Source: Eledone cirrhosa (lineage: Eukaryota). Taken from it: 64,000 bases of DNA. The translations under genes were made by a program, and so were the position numbers. Where the stretch lies: assembly GCA_964016885.1 (NCBI GenBank), contig OZ024740.1:146320001-146384000 (forward strand), given 5' to 3'. Within the stretch, counting starts at the first letter, position 1, and every line of letters begins with the position of its first letter. A model generated the notes under the pieces. It did not search any database. It saw only the letters and a list, made by a program, of their open reading frames with translations, and was not told where the DNA came from. Shown piece after piece: positions 27,721-42,704 of this stretch.

Positions 27721-28566
27721 AACAAGATACATTCACTAACAACTACTCACACACATTCACAGGCAAACACATACAATTCTTGTTCATTCTGATATACAGA
27801 ATTTACACAGCCAACAGCCTTAACTTTTGGTGCAATTATTACTTTTTTTGTCAGATGACACTAATGCACAGATATATTGGAGAACAAAAGTTAATGCTTA
27901 CATACATACAAATGTTGTTCATTCTGCCACTTGACATATTGAATTTGCGAAGCCTTGATTTTTTTGGACTGTCACTAAACACATTCACTGAACCCTGACA
28001 GTCTTAACTTTTTGTGCAATTATTATTTTCATTTTTTTTTTGTGGGAAGTGGATTGGCAGTATCAGTAGATTGGCATTGCAGCATATAGTTATGGTCTTT
28101 ATGTTCTAAGTTCAAATCCTGCCAAGATTAGCATTGCCTTTCATCCTTCTTTGGTTGATAAAATAAAGCATCAATAATGCACTGGGGTTAGTTTAATCAA
28201 CGTTTCCCTTCCCTTCAAATTGCTGGCTTTGTGCCAAATGTAGAAACAATTATTAGTTTTTTTGTCACATGACACTAATATATGTATGTGATGGAGAACT
28301 AACAAAATTCTATTCCTAATCATGTGATCATGCTCAATTGTATCTTAAACAGAGAGCGATTTGAGCTATGTTCCTCCATAAAAACAAGAGAATTTTCAAA
28401 CTCCTGTCAGAGGTGAGACAGTTATGGTATAACTCCATGTCTTTCCATCTCACTTAACTTTTGAAAATCATGAAATGGTGAAATCAGTTAAGTTATTGTA
28501 AATATACCTTCTTAAAGACTCCATGTGCATTTTCAACTTCCATTCTTTATACACACACACACATAT

Positions 28567-28765
28567 ATATTTATTATAAGAACAGATTAAAGTTTAAGCA
28601 AAGAATCGCTCAGAAGATCCCATTAAGGGTGAAAGCAGCGATTCTTTGCTTATATTTTAATCTGTTCTTATAATAAATATTTGCTCTATGGGTTTAAATA
28701 TATATTATATATATAATCCTTATCGAGCCCTCTTTGAATTTTAGTCTTCACATTTATTATTACTA
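28567..28765 (+). mobile_element. Short fold-back cassette, same family as 62262-62720
   Basis: 44-bp inverted arms around CAGAAGATCCCATTAAGGGTGAAAGC; tail ATCCTTATCGAGC.CTCTTTG.ATTTTAGTCTTCA. Confidence 0.85.
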
Positions 28766-28999
28766 TATATATATTCTATTCTTCACTATTTATTGAGCTC
28801 TCATGGCCAGTTTTCATTAATTAGTTTTGAAAAATCATGAGAAGTAAATTTATGAAACTAAACTAAATCTGTTTTTATCTTCATAATTTTTCAAAACAAT
28901 TCAGTGAAAATCTATAAGTGAGGTTATCCCATATGCTTCAGGCTACTAATGATATCTGCGACTGCAGGAAGGTACCAGCCAAACTAAAGGTGATTTGAT

Positions 29000-31180
29000 G
29001 ATGGAACAATTCTGTAGACATAACATAACTATTAAAACTGAAACTAAGAGATAGGCATAGAAAGATTTTAAAAAAATGGTGGTAGCAATGAGCAATACCT
29101 TGTAGTTAAAATAGAGGTTAGATGACATGTTTGCTCAGCACAGACAAACAGAAAGCAAGGGGTTTGTTAATATGCTGCAATGTGAGGGTCATTGGTGTAA
29201 GGTGTTTTACATTACTAAGTAATATGTCAGTGTGAATTAGAATGTTGATGGGGAGAAGTGTGTTCAAAATGACTCTAGCACACTTAACTTCACTGACCCT
29301 CAGAAGAAAGAGATCTGGATATGCTACAATGAAGATTGATGAATATGGAGAATCAGTAGACTCAACAGAAGGACAATCTAATAAAATAGGCAGTTATAGG
29401 GTCAAAGAAGCAATCATGGAGATGAAAAATGGTAAAGCTACTGGATCATCAAAGGCTTATTCCTCAGTCCCCTCTTGTTTATTTTACTTCACCAGGCCAT
29501 AGCAGAGGAGTTTATGATTTCTGTCCATGGGAATTTTTGTATGCCCATCACCTGGTTCTTATAGTTGAAGTTGTGGAAGAAGTTGAGAAGAAATTCCTGT
29601 TGCGGAAATATAACTTAGAATCAAAAGAGCCCAGAACAAACATAGCATAGTAAGTGGCTATGCTCAATATGTAGAAAAGAAGCAGGTAGGAACTCTATAC
29701 ACCGTACACAAGAGGTGTAATGAGATTGTAGGTAGAATAACAGAAAAGATAGATTTTGCATGCAGCAGATGCACAGAAATAGTGGGCAGTAAGAGCACTA
29801 GTGAAATAAACCTCTTCCAATCCCAGGAACATACCATATAAGTAGTTGATAGTTTTTGTTACTTAGGTGACCTAATTAGCAGTGGAGGAGGTGACTCTGA
29901 AAGTATAGTAGCTAGAATAGTAGTCTGGTAAACGTTCAGAAAGCTACTATCTCTGTTAACAACAAAGGAATTTTTGCTACATTAGTCTGCATGCATGATG
30001 GTGTGTGGATGAACTGAGAGAAAAATTGCATATAAGAGGGATCAAATGTAGTGTGCAAGAGAGAAAACAGCACTGGTATGGACACATGTGATGCATATGA
30101 ACACTGGGTGAAGAAGTGGTAGCAGATGCCAGTTGAAGGAAGCTGCAGGAGAAACCAATAAAAACTTAGAGCTGATCCCAAAACACTAAACTCCACAGAG
30201 ATGTGCGAAATGTCCAACCCATGTATGCATGGAAAAATGGGCATAAAATGATAATGATGTGATCTTATTAGCAGTGAATATGGATGTACTGAAAATGTTG
30301 TAGCCAGAGTGAGAACAGGGTGGAAGAAATTCAGGGAGCTGTTACCTCTGCTGGCAACAGAAGGGATTCTCTCTCAGAATGAAGAGCAGATTATATGATG
30401 CTTGTGCTTGAATTGCTATACTGCATGGCAGTGAGATATAGGCTTTGAGTACACAAGATTTGTGGCATGCATGCTTTGTTTGATGTGTAATTTTGGAATA
30501 CACAAATGAAATAGTACAGGAGAGATGATTGCATTAATATAGTCATGTGCGGCATGAGGAAAGTGTAAGTAGTATAAAGAAGTACCAAGCGCTTGAAAAG
30601 AACAGAATCTACAAAAGAGAGATATAAAGTAAGACATGGAACAAAGTTGTGAACAATGATGTCATCAAACTGAACCTAAGTAACGCTGTAAAATGTTAGC
30701 TGAACAACATAGAATGGAGAGGACTATCTGACTCTGTTGAATACCAGACAACCTCTCAAGTGTTGGTGTCATCATGGAGTGCACCTAGTACATTTTGTAA
30801 AATGGTTGGCAATAAGATGGAGACAACAAGTTAGAGAAGACTCTCTAGTCTATCCAAGCTTCATGACTTTCATAATACTGTCATGATAAAATGAACCCAG
30901 TAGACCCTGTAAAGTTTTAATGTTGGTGCCACAATAAATTACACATAATACACTCTCCAGAGACAATATAGAGCAGAAAAGGAGTCTGGCCAAACACTTC
31001 TTTAGTGTTGGTGCCACGATGAAATACATCAGGTACACAGATGGTTGGCATTAGGAAGAGCATCTAGCCAGCTGTAGAAATCATGCCAAAAATGGAATAT
31101 ATGAGTGAGACGGTCTTTCTGACCTATCTACTATTGGACTGTGACAGCCCATGCCAACATGGAAAAGCGAACAAAATTAT
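29000..31180 (+). mobile_element. Highly degraded RTE LINE fragments
   Basis: EAIMEMKNGKATG, YLGDLISSGGG and ARVRTGWKKFRELLPLL remnants, followed by 3' UTR motifs. Confidence 0.75.
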
Positions 31181-31331
31181 GTGTGTATATATATATATAT
31201 AAACATACATATATAGTTATATATGTGTATATATATATAGAAACATACATATATGTGTATATATATATATATATATACACACACATATAACTATATATGT
31301 ATATATATATACACACATATATGTATGTTTC

Positions 31332-31363
<32 letters not shown>

Positions 31364-31731
31364 TATAGTTATATATACATATATAGTTATATGTGTGTAT
31401 ATATATACAGACATACATATATAACTATATAAGACAAAATAATTCTTTCAAATCAAGTAAATGATTTGAAAGAATTCTTGTCTTATATTGTTATATATGC
31501 TCTGTGTTATTATGTCTATAACTCTTCTATTCTTTAAATAATCTAACCTCTCTCCCTTCTGTATTCCTGTTCTATCTAAAGTGACATTAACACATTGAGC
31601 TTGAACTATTATTACTATATAAACTCTCTTTAGATTCACTCTCACATATACATACGCACACACACACACATATATTATGTGTATGTATATATATAGGATA
31701 TTATATATATATATATGTATAAATATTATAT

Positions 31732-31792
<61 letters not shown>

Positions 31793-32059
31793 ATATATAA
31801 AATATATGCATCTACAAAACACTACAAGGTCTCGTGTACGTATGTGTGTGCAAATACGTACAATTTTAGTTCTTAATGTGTTTTCTCTTCCACTTTATTC
31901 TGTCACTAGCCAACGACGTGAAAGAACGTCAAGGTGAATGTATAGAATAGAATAGAAATATTATAATTTATTTATTTTCTATTAAAAATACTTTGTATTA
32001 AATTAATTATTATTTTTAGAATTTTTAAATATATATATATGAACTATTTAAGCAATTTA

Positions 32060-32779
32060 TTAATTTCAGGACGTAATTTTTTCCGGGAAATTGATTCGGG
32101 GTGAAAACGGAACTCGTCATTTGCAGATGTAGCTTTCATTTAATTGGTTGAAGATACACACCTTGACTAAGTGTGTAATGTTGATTGTGAGCTTGTTCAA
32201 CAACATATCTCTGAAAAAAGAAACGGGGATGTTCTTGTATACTTAACAACCGATTGATATTGCAAAAGATTTCTCTGTTTAGAATGTGGTCTCTTTCCTG
32301 AAACCCCAAATGATTTAAGAATATACGAATTTATTTATTGCTTTTTTTTCTCAATTAAGAAAACGTTCTATTATGTGGTACTCTCTGGTCAAGAGAAACG
32401 TCGTCTGCAGTTAAATACAATATAGAAGCAGGGGGAGATAACATGATGCGGTAAACAATGTTGGTGTTGGGGGATTTACACTTTCACTTTTAACTTTGTT
32501 TTTAATTTTTTTAGTTATGGTTATTTTCGTGTCGCATTGTCTCAGTTCTAGGGCTTTGTGCGGGTAGAGTTTTGACGCTCTAGTTCCAACGCCCACCTAT
32601 CCTACCCTTTTACCTTCCTTGCCCGTTTGGGATCTAATTTTCCGATTACAGGATCTGTTAAGAAGGAAGGATTTTTCTCGAGAGGAAACTATTTTTTTCC
32701 TCTTCCTTAATCTAGGAGGTGGGTGACTGGCGGACTCTCCACTTTGACAGTATCTTCAGCCAGAATAGCAAATTCATTC
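32060..32779 (+). promoter_or_regulatory. Probable promoter / 5' UTR of the plus-strand gene
   Basis: TE-free, CpG-retaining region. Contains TTCCGGGAA (STAT/GAS-type consensus) at ~32081. Confidence 0.4.
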
Positions 32780-32944
32780 ATGGCGAACTCCAGCATACCT
32801 TCCTCAGTGAATCAAGGCATGGCTCACATAAGTGGTGGGAATTTGGTCAATGGCTACTACAAACAAGGACCATATTCGGGAGGAAGAAGCAGAAATGCCG
32901 GCGGTAGGTCGGGAAGCCGAGGTCGGGGCAAGCCTGCTGCCAGG
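32780..32944 (+). CDS. Probable first coding exon of an unidentified gene (55 aa, RGG/RG-rich end)
   Basis: ATG-initiated, 165 nt, GC-rich and unique. Translates MANSSIPSSVNQGMAHISGGNLVNGYYKQGPYSGGRSRNAGGRSGSRGRGKPAAR, then a strong phase-0 donor AGG|GTAAGG and an abrupt switch to AT-rich DNA. Confidence 0.7.
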
Positions 32945-34527
32945 GTAAGGAAAATTTAAAAAAATATATTTATTTCACTTTTATATGTTTTTATTGTTTC
33001 TATAATCCTTTTGTAAGTCACAAAAGAATTCTATGGTCTAAAATGTATTGCATATTGTTTAATTTAACCTCCCTCGCATTCTTTCTGCATAATTTTATAT
33101 CCAGTTTTAAGGCAATAAAAACTGGAGATTTCCTTTCAAACATGTGTATTTTTATATTTAATATATGCCAATGTTTTAAATGATTTCCATATAATAAAAA
33201 AAAATATAAATATATATTTTTTTTTTAACATGGAGTTTTTTTCAAATTTACAATTAACCCAATCAACGACTATTCACAAGATTGTCTTGTTTCATACATT
33301 TAAATATTTATGATCTTCCCGTATCAAGCATATAAAAACAATTTTCTTCAATTAACTTAAGTAGATTTGCTTTTGATAGTATAAAATATATTTTATTGAA
33401 ATATATTATATGATTGGTTTTCTTTTCACTTTCGCTTCACACATATACGTAAAATACATTTTAATACACCACATATTGTTTCGGTGATCAATTCATATAT
33501 TATTTCATATTAGATCGTTTTTAATTCATTTCTTTCTTTTTTTAAAATTTTACTACTAAAAACTGCAATTCATAGAATGAATGAGTACAATAATTCAGCT
33601 TTAATCATACGACCAGCTTTAATCGATCTATATCTTATTTAAAGCAAATGTCTTGAAATACTGCTAGAAATGAGTCTACCATAGCTACCCCCCTCCGCTG
33701 TCATCCTTCATTACTGATGCTGTTCGATCGAGATGTAGTTGTGGTTGATAATGTAACGTCAGTAGTGGTCGCTCTTGTTGGCTACCTTGTCATTAACATA
33801 TGCCGGTTAAATAAATAGCTCTGAAAATCATGAGAAATTAAAAAAGCTACTATGGAGAATATTTTATTTTATTCTTTTTTTAAAATATATATATAATTAT
33901 AAGGAATCAATTAGATTAAATAAAGTTCTCTTTCTGATTCTTTAATTTCTGTATATTTTCTTTCTTCTAGCTACTTGGAATTTTAGTTATTTCAAATGAG
34001 CTAGTTGATTTTTTTGTCTTTGTATGAAGTTGCAAACGAGAAAAAAAATAGATAATAATGAAAATGCTCATTTGTTTAGGTATATTTAAAACGATTGAAA
34101 ATTAGCGCCTTTGTACTAGAAGTAGGAAGTGAGTAATATAATGTTGATTATTGACAAAAACAATTTAGCCGTAGATGCAGTCAGTGATGAAAGGTTGCAA
34201 AGAAAGCCGTTCGGTAGATTTTTAATGTATACCCAGTTACTTGTTCTAAATTGTAATTGTATCCGCTTTGAGAAATTTCTCATCAATCACAACAATTGTT
34301 GCTTTATCGTCTACATTTTATTATAATTTTTTTTCAACGAAATATTTTTCAAATTCCATCTTTTAGTTAGTTTTCTCAAAATAATCATATTAAAGATACA
34401 CCAGAAATAAAATTGAAATTAAATCTATTAATATTTATGATGACGAACTTTATTTTTTCAATATAGCTCCACTTCTGAATTTTTGATTCAGAAAACTCTA
34501 ATTATTACCCTCTTTACCTTATTGAAC

Positions 34528-34607
<80 letters not shown>

Positions 34608-35038
34608 AATTTCATGTATGTTTTTTCTTGCCGCCTTTAATTTCTTACCTTTGTGCATTTATCACATTACATCAACTAATATAAATGCATATGCTTATTG
34701 CATCGGCCTTTTAATAATGATGATTATTTCAGAATATGTTCAATTATATTGCATCGGCCTCCCTTAATAAACATATATTTCGAAATAATCATTCAACTAC
34801 TACAGTGGTTGTTGCTGGATATTTGAAAATTATCTAATAAATGCTTCTTTTTTCCATGTACTGGCACCTGTTTTCATATATTACGGAAGGGCTAACAAAG
34901 GAATATATGTGTGCCTGTATATATATATATATATATATATTATTAATATATATATATTATTAATATATATATATATATATTATTAATACATATATATATA
35001 TATATTATTAATATATATATATATATATATATATATTA

Positions 35039-35073
<35 letters not shown>

Positions 35074-35700
35074 TATTAATACATATATATATATATATTA
35101 TTAATATATATATATATATATATATTATTTATATATATATATATTATTGATATATATATATATATATTATTTATATATATATATATTATTAATATATATA
35201 TATATATATTATTAATATATATATATATATATTATTAATATATATATATATATTATTTATATATATATTATTAATATATATATATATATATTATTAATAT
35301 ATATATATATATTATTAATATATATATATATATATATATTATTAATATATATATATATATATTATTAATATATATATATATATATTATTAATATATATAT
35401 ATATATTATTAATATATATATATATATTATTAATATATATATATATATATTATTAATATATATATATATATATTATTAATATATATATATATATATTATT
35501 TATATATATATATATTATTTATATATATATATATATATTATTTATATATATATATATATATTATTTATATATATATATATTATTTATATATATATATATA
35601 CATACACGTATATATATTTATATTATATATACTTTATTATTAATACATATATATATTATATATACTTTATTATAGTTTATATATATATTATATATATATG
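34528..35700. repeat. (TA)n and compound (TA)n-TTATTAA minisatellite
   Basis: Dozens of TATTATTAATATATA units between 34940 and 35590. Confidence 0.95.
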
Positions 35701-36639
35701 TGTTTATATTTTCATTCTGTAAGGATGATTTGTAATGATATTTATACAACTGAATAATATATATACATAATAAAGCTTTAATCATTGTAAAATACAAGCT
35801 CGTTTTAAATATATCTCAACTAGTCTCCGCCAACCGAACAGTAATTGTGTATTAGGAAGGAGGAGAGAGGAATCAATAGATGAAGGTCTTATTTCCTAAC
35901 CATGCTATTTATTATGTATTCCATCTTGATTTTTCTATTACTACTAGGTAGTATATATATATTATATGTATATCTATATATTATATGTATATATATATAT
36001 ATACACACACATATATTTATCTTTTTTTTTCTTTTATAAGCAATAAATATTTAATTTCCTATCATAGTAGGATTAAATATATTATTATTTTGAATGTATC
36101 AATTTTTTTTCATTGCCTCCTTTCTTGTCATTCCCGCAACTGTCTGTTTCTTTCACAACTCTGCAGATGGCTCGGTGTATGCTGTCTGCATTTATTTAAC
36201 ATATTCTATTGTAATATTCCGTTATAAAGAGGGATAGAAAACTTGAAAATGATTTTATTCGAAATTATTAATCACTCCGAATACAAAGTAATATTTATTA
36301 TACTTCAACGCCTATTAATTAATATGGGTAATGAATGACTGGATTTGGAACTTAGGATATTTTGCTAATCCATAGAGGAGTTATCAATTATGGTAATGCG
36401 GATGGTGGTTGTATACGGAAATATAGAACTACTGCTGGTCGCTTGCACTTGTGTTAGGTTGGCCACAATTAAACTAACACGAGCTCTGTTGCTATCTGTT
36501 GTAAAATTTGATAAATTTCCTAAGAATAAGATAATGAGATACGTCCGTGCTGCACTTCTCTTTGTTGTCGATGCTATGAAATAGGAAAACGAAACATCAT
36601 TTCATACATCTCAAACGTACATTTGTATGTGTGTGTGTA

Positions 36640-36679
36640 TATATATATATATACTATATATATATATATTATAATATTA

Positions 36680-36715
<36 letters not shown>

Positions 36716-36721
36716 ATATTA

Positions 36722-36763
<42 letters not shown>

Positions 36764-36793
36764 ATTACCATATATATATATTATAATATTACC

Positions 36794-36825
<32 letters not shown>

Positions 36826-37512
36826 ATGTATGTTACATATCAAATATATATATAAATATAAACTTTATTTTATCATGAGTTAAGGCTCTATTGATTTTCC
36901 CCTGGATTTCACTAAATTCTGTGGATGAATCTAAATCCTGATTCTCTTTGAGATGAGTTTGAATTATTTTCCCCACATCTTACGTTAACTATTTTCCCCA
37001 TTTTGACGCTATAGTCACTTATATATTATGGAATACTGTTGGCTTTTTTGCTACAATGTTTTCTATACCTTTCATTTATATATAAATATATATATATATA
37101 TATATTATATAATGTATGTTACATATCAAATATATATATATATATTTATAACATGTATATATATATATATTTATAACATGTATATATATATTTATTTATA
37201 ACATGTATATATATATTTATTTATAACATGTATATATATATTTATTTATAACATGTGTATATATATTTATAACATGTATATATATATTTATTTATAACAT
37301 GTATATATATATTTATTTATAACATATATATATATATTTATTTATAACGTGTATATATGTATATATATATTTATTTATAACGTGTATATATATATATATT
37401 TATAACGTGTATATATATATATATATTTATAACGTGTATATATATATATATATTTATTCATAACGTGTATATATATATTTATTTATAACATATATATATA
37501 TTTATTTATAAC

Positions 37513-37588
<76 letters not shown>

Positions 37589-37590
37589 AA
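36640..37590. repeat. Compound AT minisatellites (ATAATATTACC(AT)n; TTTATAAC(A/G)TG(TA)n)
   Basis: Directly visible periodic units. Confidence 0.9.
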
Positions 37591-39063
37591 TGTGTGTGTG
37601 TGTATTTAAATATGAAATATATTTATTATATGCAATACATGAATGTAGTTTTTTCCCTTTCTTCAGAAATGGAGAACGGTTAAGCGAGAGGCTAGCAACC
37701 TCTTCTCAAAGAAAAATTGATATGCTACTAAGACCGTCCAAGGACGATCGGTCCGCTGTGAATGTAGTATGAATACGGAACGATGATATAAAATACACTT
37801 TTTACTCTTTGAATTAGGAAATATTAAAGAAAGGAAAAGGAAAAATTTAAGTCATTTGCTTGTTTCACATTTAACGGAGAATATTGCAGAGAAATATTAC
37901 TATGTAGATTTCTTTTTGAAAATTTTGCAAATACGAGATCTTATATAATGTCTATGTTGCTCATTTAATGATTTGATTTAGAAATTTTTTCTTCAAATTT
38001 CATCGGAACACGATCAAAATTATTTGTAGAAATGGATTTTGCTTTCCATAATTTTTTTTTACGAGCCATTATCGAATAAAAGGATTCCTTGAAACCTCTT
38101 CTGAAGGTGATCGTTTTTTCTAACGTAAGCGTGAAAATGGATACAGTTTCTGCTTTCTTTTATTGATTTAATATATTTCTATTTGCGAAGAATTCCTTCA
38201 TCTTAATTCTTAGCGGTATCAATACATCTATTATAAATTATGAAATGGATCTTTTTTTTTTTTCATTTATATTATCGTAGTTGTTTAACACCATGCTAAC
38301 CTTTATCTAACAGACTTATCTATAATTAAAGGCTAAAGATGTCGAAGCTGTGACTGTCCCGTGTTTTTATTTTCATTTTATCACATGAGAATATATTCGG
38401 GACTATATTATCCAATCTACCCCCTCCCCCTTTTTTAAATGGTAGCTGTGAATTTTAGAGAGATATTTTGGCTATTTCTAACAGGCCTAATGACGGCGTA
38501 GTGGTTCATTCGTTGTTTCACTATTATCATTGTTTATTGCGGTGGTAAGATTTCATCGAATCGATTTCAATTTTCAATTGAAATTGCTATATATTACTGG
38601 CGTGAAAGTCACTATTCATAATTCATCTCTTATTATAAACGAATAAGCTTATGTAAAATATTAACTACTGTCCATATATTACAGATTGTAAATATTTATA
38701 CATATCGGAGTATTATGTGAGACAGTTATACTCCGTAGTAGATTATCTTAAGGTACCTAGTTCATATCCTCTCTTGGTCGCTCAATTAAATACTATAATC
38801 CTGGCAGTCGATGAAATCCATTAAACGCATCCCATAGAAAAATTGGCGTCATGCGTAGTACAAAGAAATCGATCTCTACCAATATTTTCATACTTATATG
38901 CCTAGAATACGTATATATATATATATATTATATATATAAAAGGAAAAGAAATCGAAAATGCAACTGGAGTATTTTTAAGAATATTTATTTATTTCCTTTA
39001 CCGGTTTCACAGTTCTTACGCTCTTCAAAAGTAGAATTGAGATGGAGCGTGTGTGGTTTGTCT

Positions 39064-39104
<41 letters not shown>

Positions 39105-39427
39105 TAATTCCTTAGTTTAACCTATTTCAGATCGAAAGGACCCAATATTAATCATTCTAAATATAGGCACAAGGCCAAAAAAGAATCAGGAACAAATAAC
39201 GCAAGGCATTTTGCTATAGGTTTTTTTTTTTAACGGACCAAATAATATTAATATACTGTACCTCTGCAATGTTCACGACAAAATACACTTCTACTACACC
39301 CAAACAATATATACTTTATTATAATGTAATATTGTATTAGTTTTTTTAATATTAAAAACAATAAAAAATACCCCTTTACCTTTCATTTAAATTTATTCTG
39401 CTATTAATAGACCTGCACCCCTTATTA

Positions 39428-39521
<94 letters not shown>

Positions 39522-41168
39522 ACATATATACATACAATGGTAAATGCATGAGGGCAGAGTATGAGTTATATTTTCTGAAGAAAAAGGTGGCAGTGACTTC
39601 GAAGTTTTGGCAATGTTGACTGCTCGTATAATATTATATATGTATATAAAATAAAGTACCAGTAATGTACTGAGTAATTGCTGGCCCTGTGTCAAAAGTA
39701 GAAACAATTATATATGTATATATCTAGAGAGAGCAGAATGGGAAAGTTGTTTAGGATAAAATGACTTCCAATATCTTTTCTGGCTCTGCATTCAGAGTTC
39801 AAATTTTTGTGAGGTCAATTTTGCATAACATCCATTTGGGGTCAATAAAATAAAGTACCATTCCAGGTTGGTGTTTAGGCAGTGTCTTTAGTGGAGTTCA
39901 TTCTGTTGAAAGCATTCAGACAAGTCTCTGGTCTAAGAGGCCTTCTTTCCTCCCTCTCATCAAAGACCCTGAAGAGGATCACAGGCACTGCCTGCCTCAC
40001 TGATTTATCAATCAGTAATATATATATACATATATGTATATATATAATGTATATATACACACACATACTTCTACTGCTGGCAGCTTGTATGGCCCATATG
40101 GGTCAGGAAAATAGATACTTAAATGATGATGATATCCCACCCACCCCCATCACTCTTCCACATCCCCAATGCACCTTTCCTGTCTAACCCATGCATGCAA
40201 GGAAAGCTGAACATGCTTCACAATATACCCCCCCCCCCCATCTCCAAAAAACAACAAAGCCTGACTCGCTTATCTTACGTTCATCACTGCCTCTTTAGCT
40301 CAAAAACACAACAAACACTGAAATGTAACAACATACCACTGGTGATATGATAAAACACCTAGTTCTTCCTGTAAAATGGCAATGTTGATGCCATGATAAA
40401 ATGCACCCAGCACATGCTGTAGAATGGTAGTGCTGTTACAATGACAAAAAGTACCTCATTCACCCTATAATATGATCTTGCTGGTGCTACAATAAAAAAC
40501 ACCCTGTATGATGGTTATGCTGGGGCTAGGAAAAAGCTCCCAGTACATGCTGTGAAGTGGTTGGTGTTAGGAAAGGCATTCAGTTGTAGAAAAAGAAGCC
40601 CAAAATCAAACGTTTGAGCAGGATATGTTCAGCTGGCCTGTCCAGCCACAGAACATGACAGCTCTTCTAACTCATGCAAGCATAGAAAATAGATGTTAAA
40701 TGCTACTGATGATAATTGTTTCTACTTTTGGTACAAGGTCAGCAATTACCCAGTGTATTACTGGTACTTTATTTTATCAACCCCGTAAGGATGAAAGGCA
40801 AAGTTAACCTCGGCAGGATTTGAACTCAGAATGGCAAGGGCCGTAATTCTATGCGTCAAAGCATGGCGTCCGACCCTCTACTGATACTGCCAAACTTTAT
40901 TATAAATGCAAAGCCACACCAGTAATTCAACTCTAGGTCCTTGAATCACTGATGTACCTTCACAACATTGAATTTTGTTTAACTGTCTCGAATATATTGT
41001 ATTTTGTGTGGTGTGTTTTAGTTAGTTTTGGCTTGTATTTTGGTGTTGGGTAGGTTTGTATTAGGAAAACAATATATATTGTATCATGCCTCTGATACTG
41101 TGTGACCTAATATCCTTATTAAAATGTCTCTAGTATGAAGGATTTTTCTGATAACTAAGTATTTTGCG

Positions 41169-41460
41169 CAGAGGTTCTCAAACTTTTCAGGCCACTGCCT
41201 CTTTGCTTCTTCACGGCCATGTAATACCCTTAGCGCCCCCAACCCTATTTCCAGAGAGACCTGCCTACATGATATATAATAAATTAAATCGTTAATTTAT
41301 ATATAATAAATAATAAAATATGTACTATGTGTAAATAAATATAGATTTAAAAAAAATTTTAATATGTTTATATATAATATATATAATTTGATATTTAATA
41401 TACTATTATATCACCACCACCCCCTCCAGACTATCTGACGCGCCTCCGGGAGAACCTCTG
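41169..41460. mobile_element. hAT-type MITE
   Basis: TIRs CAGAGGTTCTC / GAGAACCTCTG; decayed 8-bp TSD (ATTTTGCG / ATTTAGGG). Confidence 0.7.
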
Positions 41461-42037
41461 ATTTAGGGCATTGCAAAGTATATGGTACTAATTTATCTGG
41501 TAAATACAGCTCAACAGATACTAGGTATTGAGTGTGATTGTGGCCTGATGAGGTTTGTCCTCTTAGTATTAGTATAATGGGTTGACTAAATACTTTCAGT
41601 TTGTTTGTTGTAATTAGGTTTTGAGTAGGGTTGTATACAGAATAGTTTCATATATATATATATAAAGAGAGAGATATAAATGTAATTATATGTATAATTT
41701 TTTACATGTATCATCATAATCTTCGTTTAACGTCCATCATTCCACGCTAACATGGGTAAGTTGGGTCGGGTGATCTTGTCTCGCTCATATAGGAGTGTTT
41801 CTGGCTGGTTTAGTGGCGAACACATTTACAGTGTGTGCTGGGTACTTTTTACCGTGTCTTTTACATGACCACTTTACTATAAAATTTCATATAGAAATGG
41901 CTCGTACAGGACTAGAACTGTTTCATTCTATAATAAAATTTGTATATACTCTACTAATGTATTGAGTACTTCACTTGCTGTGGTTACCCCCGTTTGACCC
42001 TCACACACACATATATATAAATATGTATGTATATATG

Positions 42038-42091
<54 letters not shown>

Positions 42092-42671
42092 TATAATAAT
42101 TATATGTATATATATGTCTAACCCATGCTAGCATGGAAGAATAGATGTTAAATGGTGATGATATATATATATATATATATACGTATCTATGTTTATTTAT
42201 TCATACATATAATATATAGATATCATCATCATCATTTTCATCATTTCATTTTATGTCCGCTTTTTCCCTGCTTGCAAGGGTGGGACGAGAACTGATGCTG
42301 GCTTGATTTCTACAGCTGGATGCCCTTCCTAAAACCAACCTCATTTACAGTGAGTGCTGGGTGCTTTTTTGCCGTGGCACCTCCACGACCACTTTGCAGT
42401 GGAATGATAGGGAACCCTGTCCCTATCATCTCATTTCTACAGCTGAGTAAACTGGAGCAATGTGAAGTAAAGTGTCTTGCTCAAGGAAACAACACATCAC
42501 CCGGTCTGAGAATTGAACTCACAACATATATATAACGAAGGAAATGTGGTAAGGAACCAGATGGACCATAATGCACCAAAGTACTCAATACTTAGGGTAG
42601 TAGAGTGAGTAATAGGAACAAGTAGGACCCCGACGGCTGAGCTCAAGCCGTTTCGACGGCTAATTCTGGAC

Positions 42672-42699
<28 letters not shown>

Positions 42700-42704
<5 letters not shown>

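Noticed and set aside
37669-37790. Possible exon 2 after a polypyrimidine-CAG
   Set aside because: The phase-0 frame stops after 17 codons and there is no convincing donor
39900-40010. TGATGA / CTGAAGA motifs suggesting a hammerhead
   Set aside because: No consistent stems or intact GAAA; the similar motifs at ~10638 and ~13275 are too decayed to call
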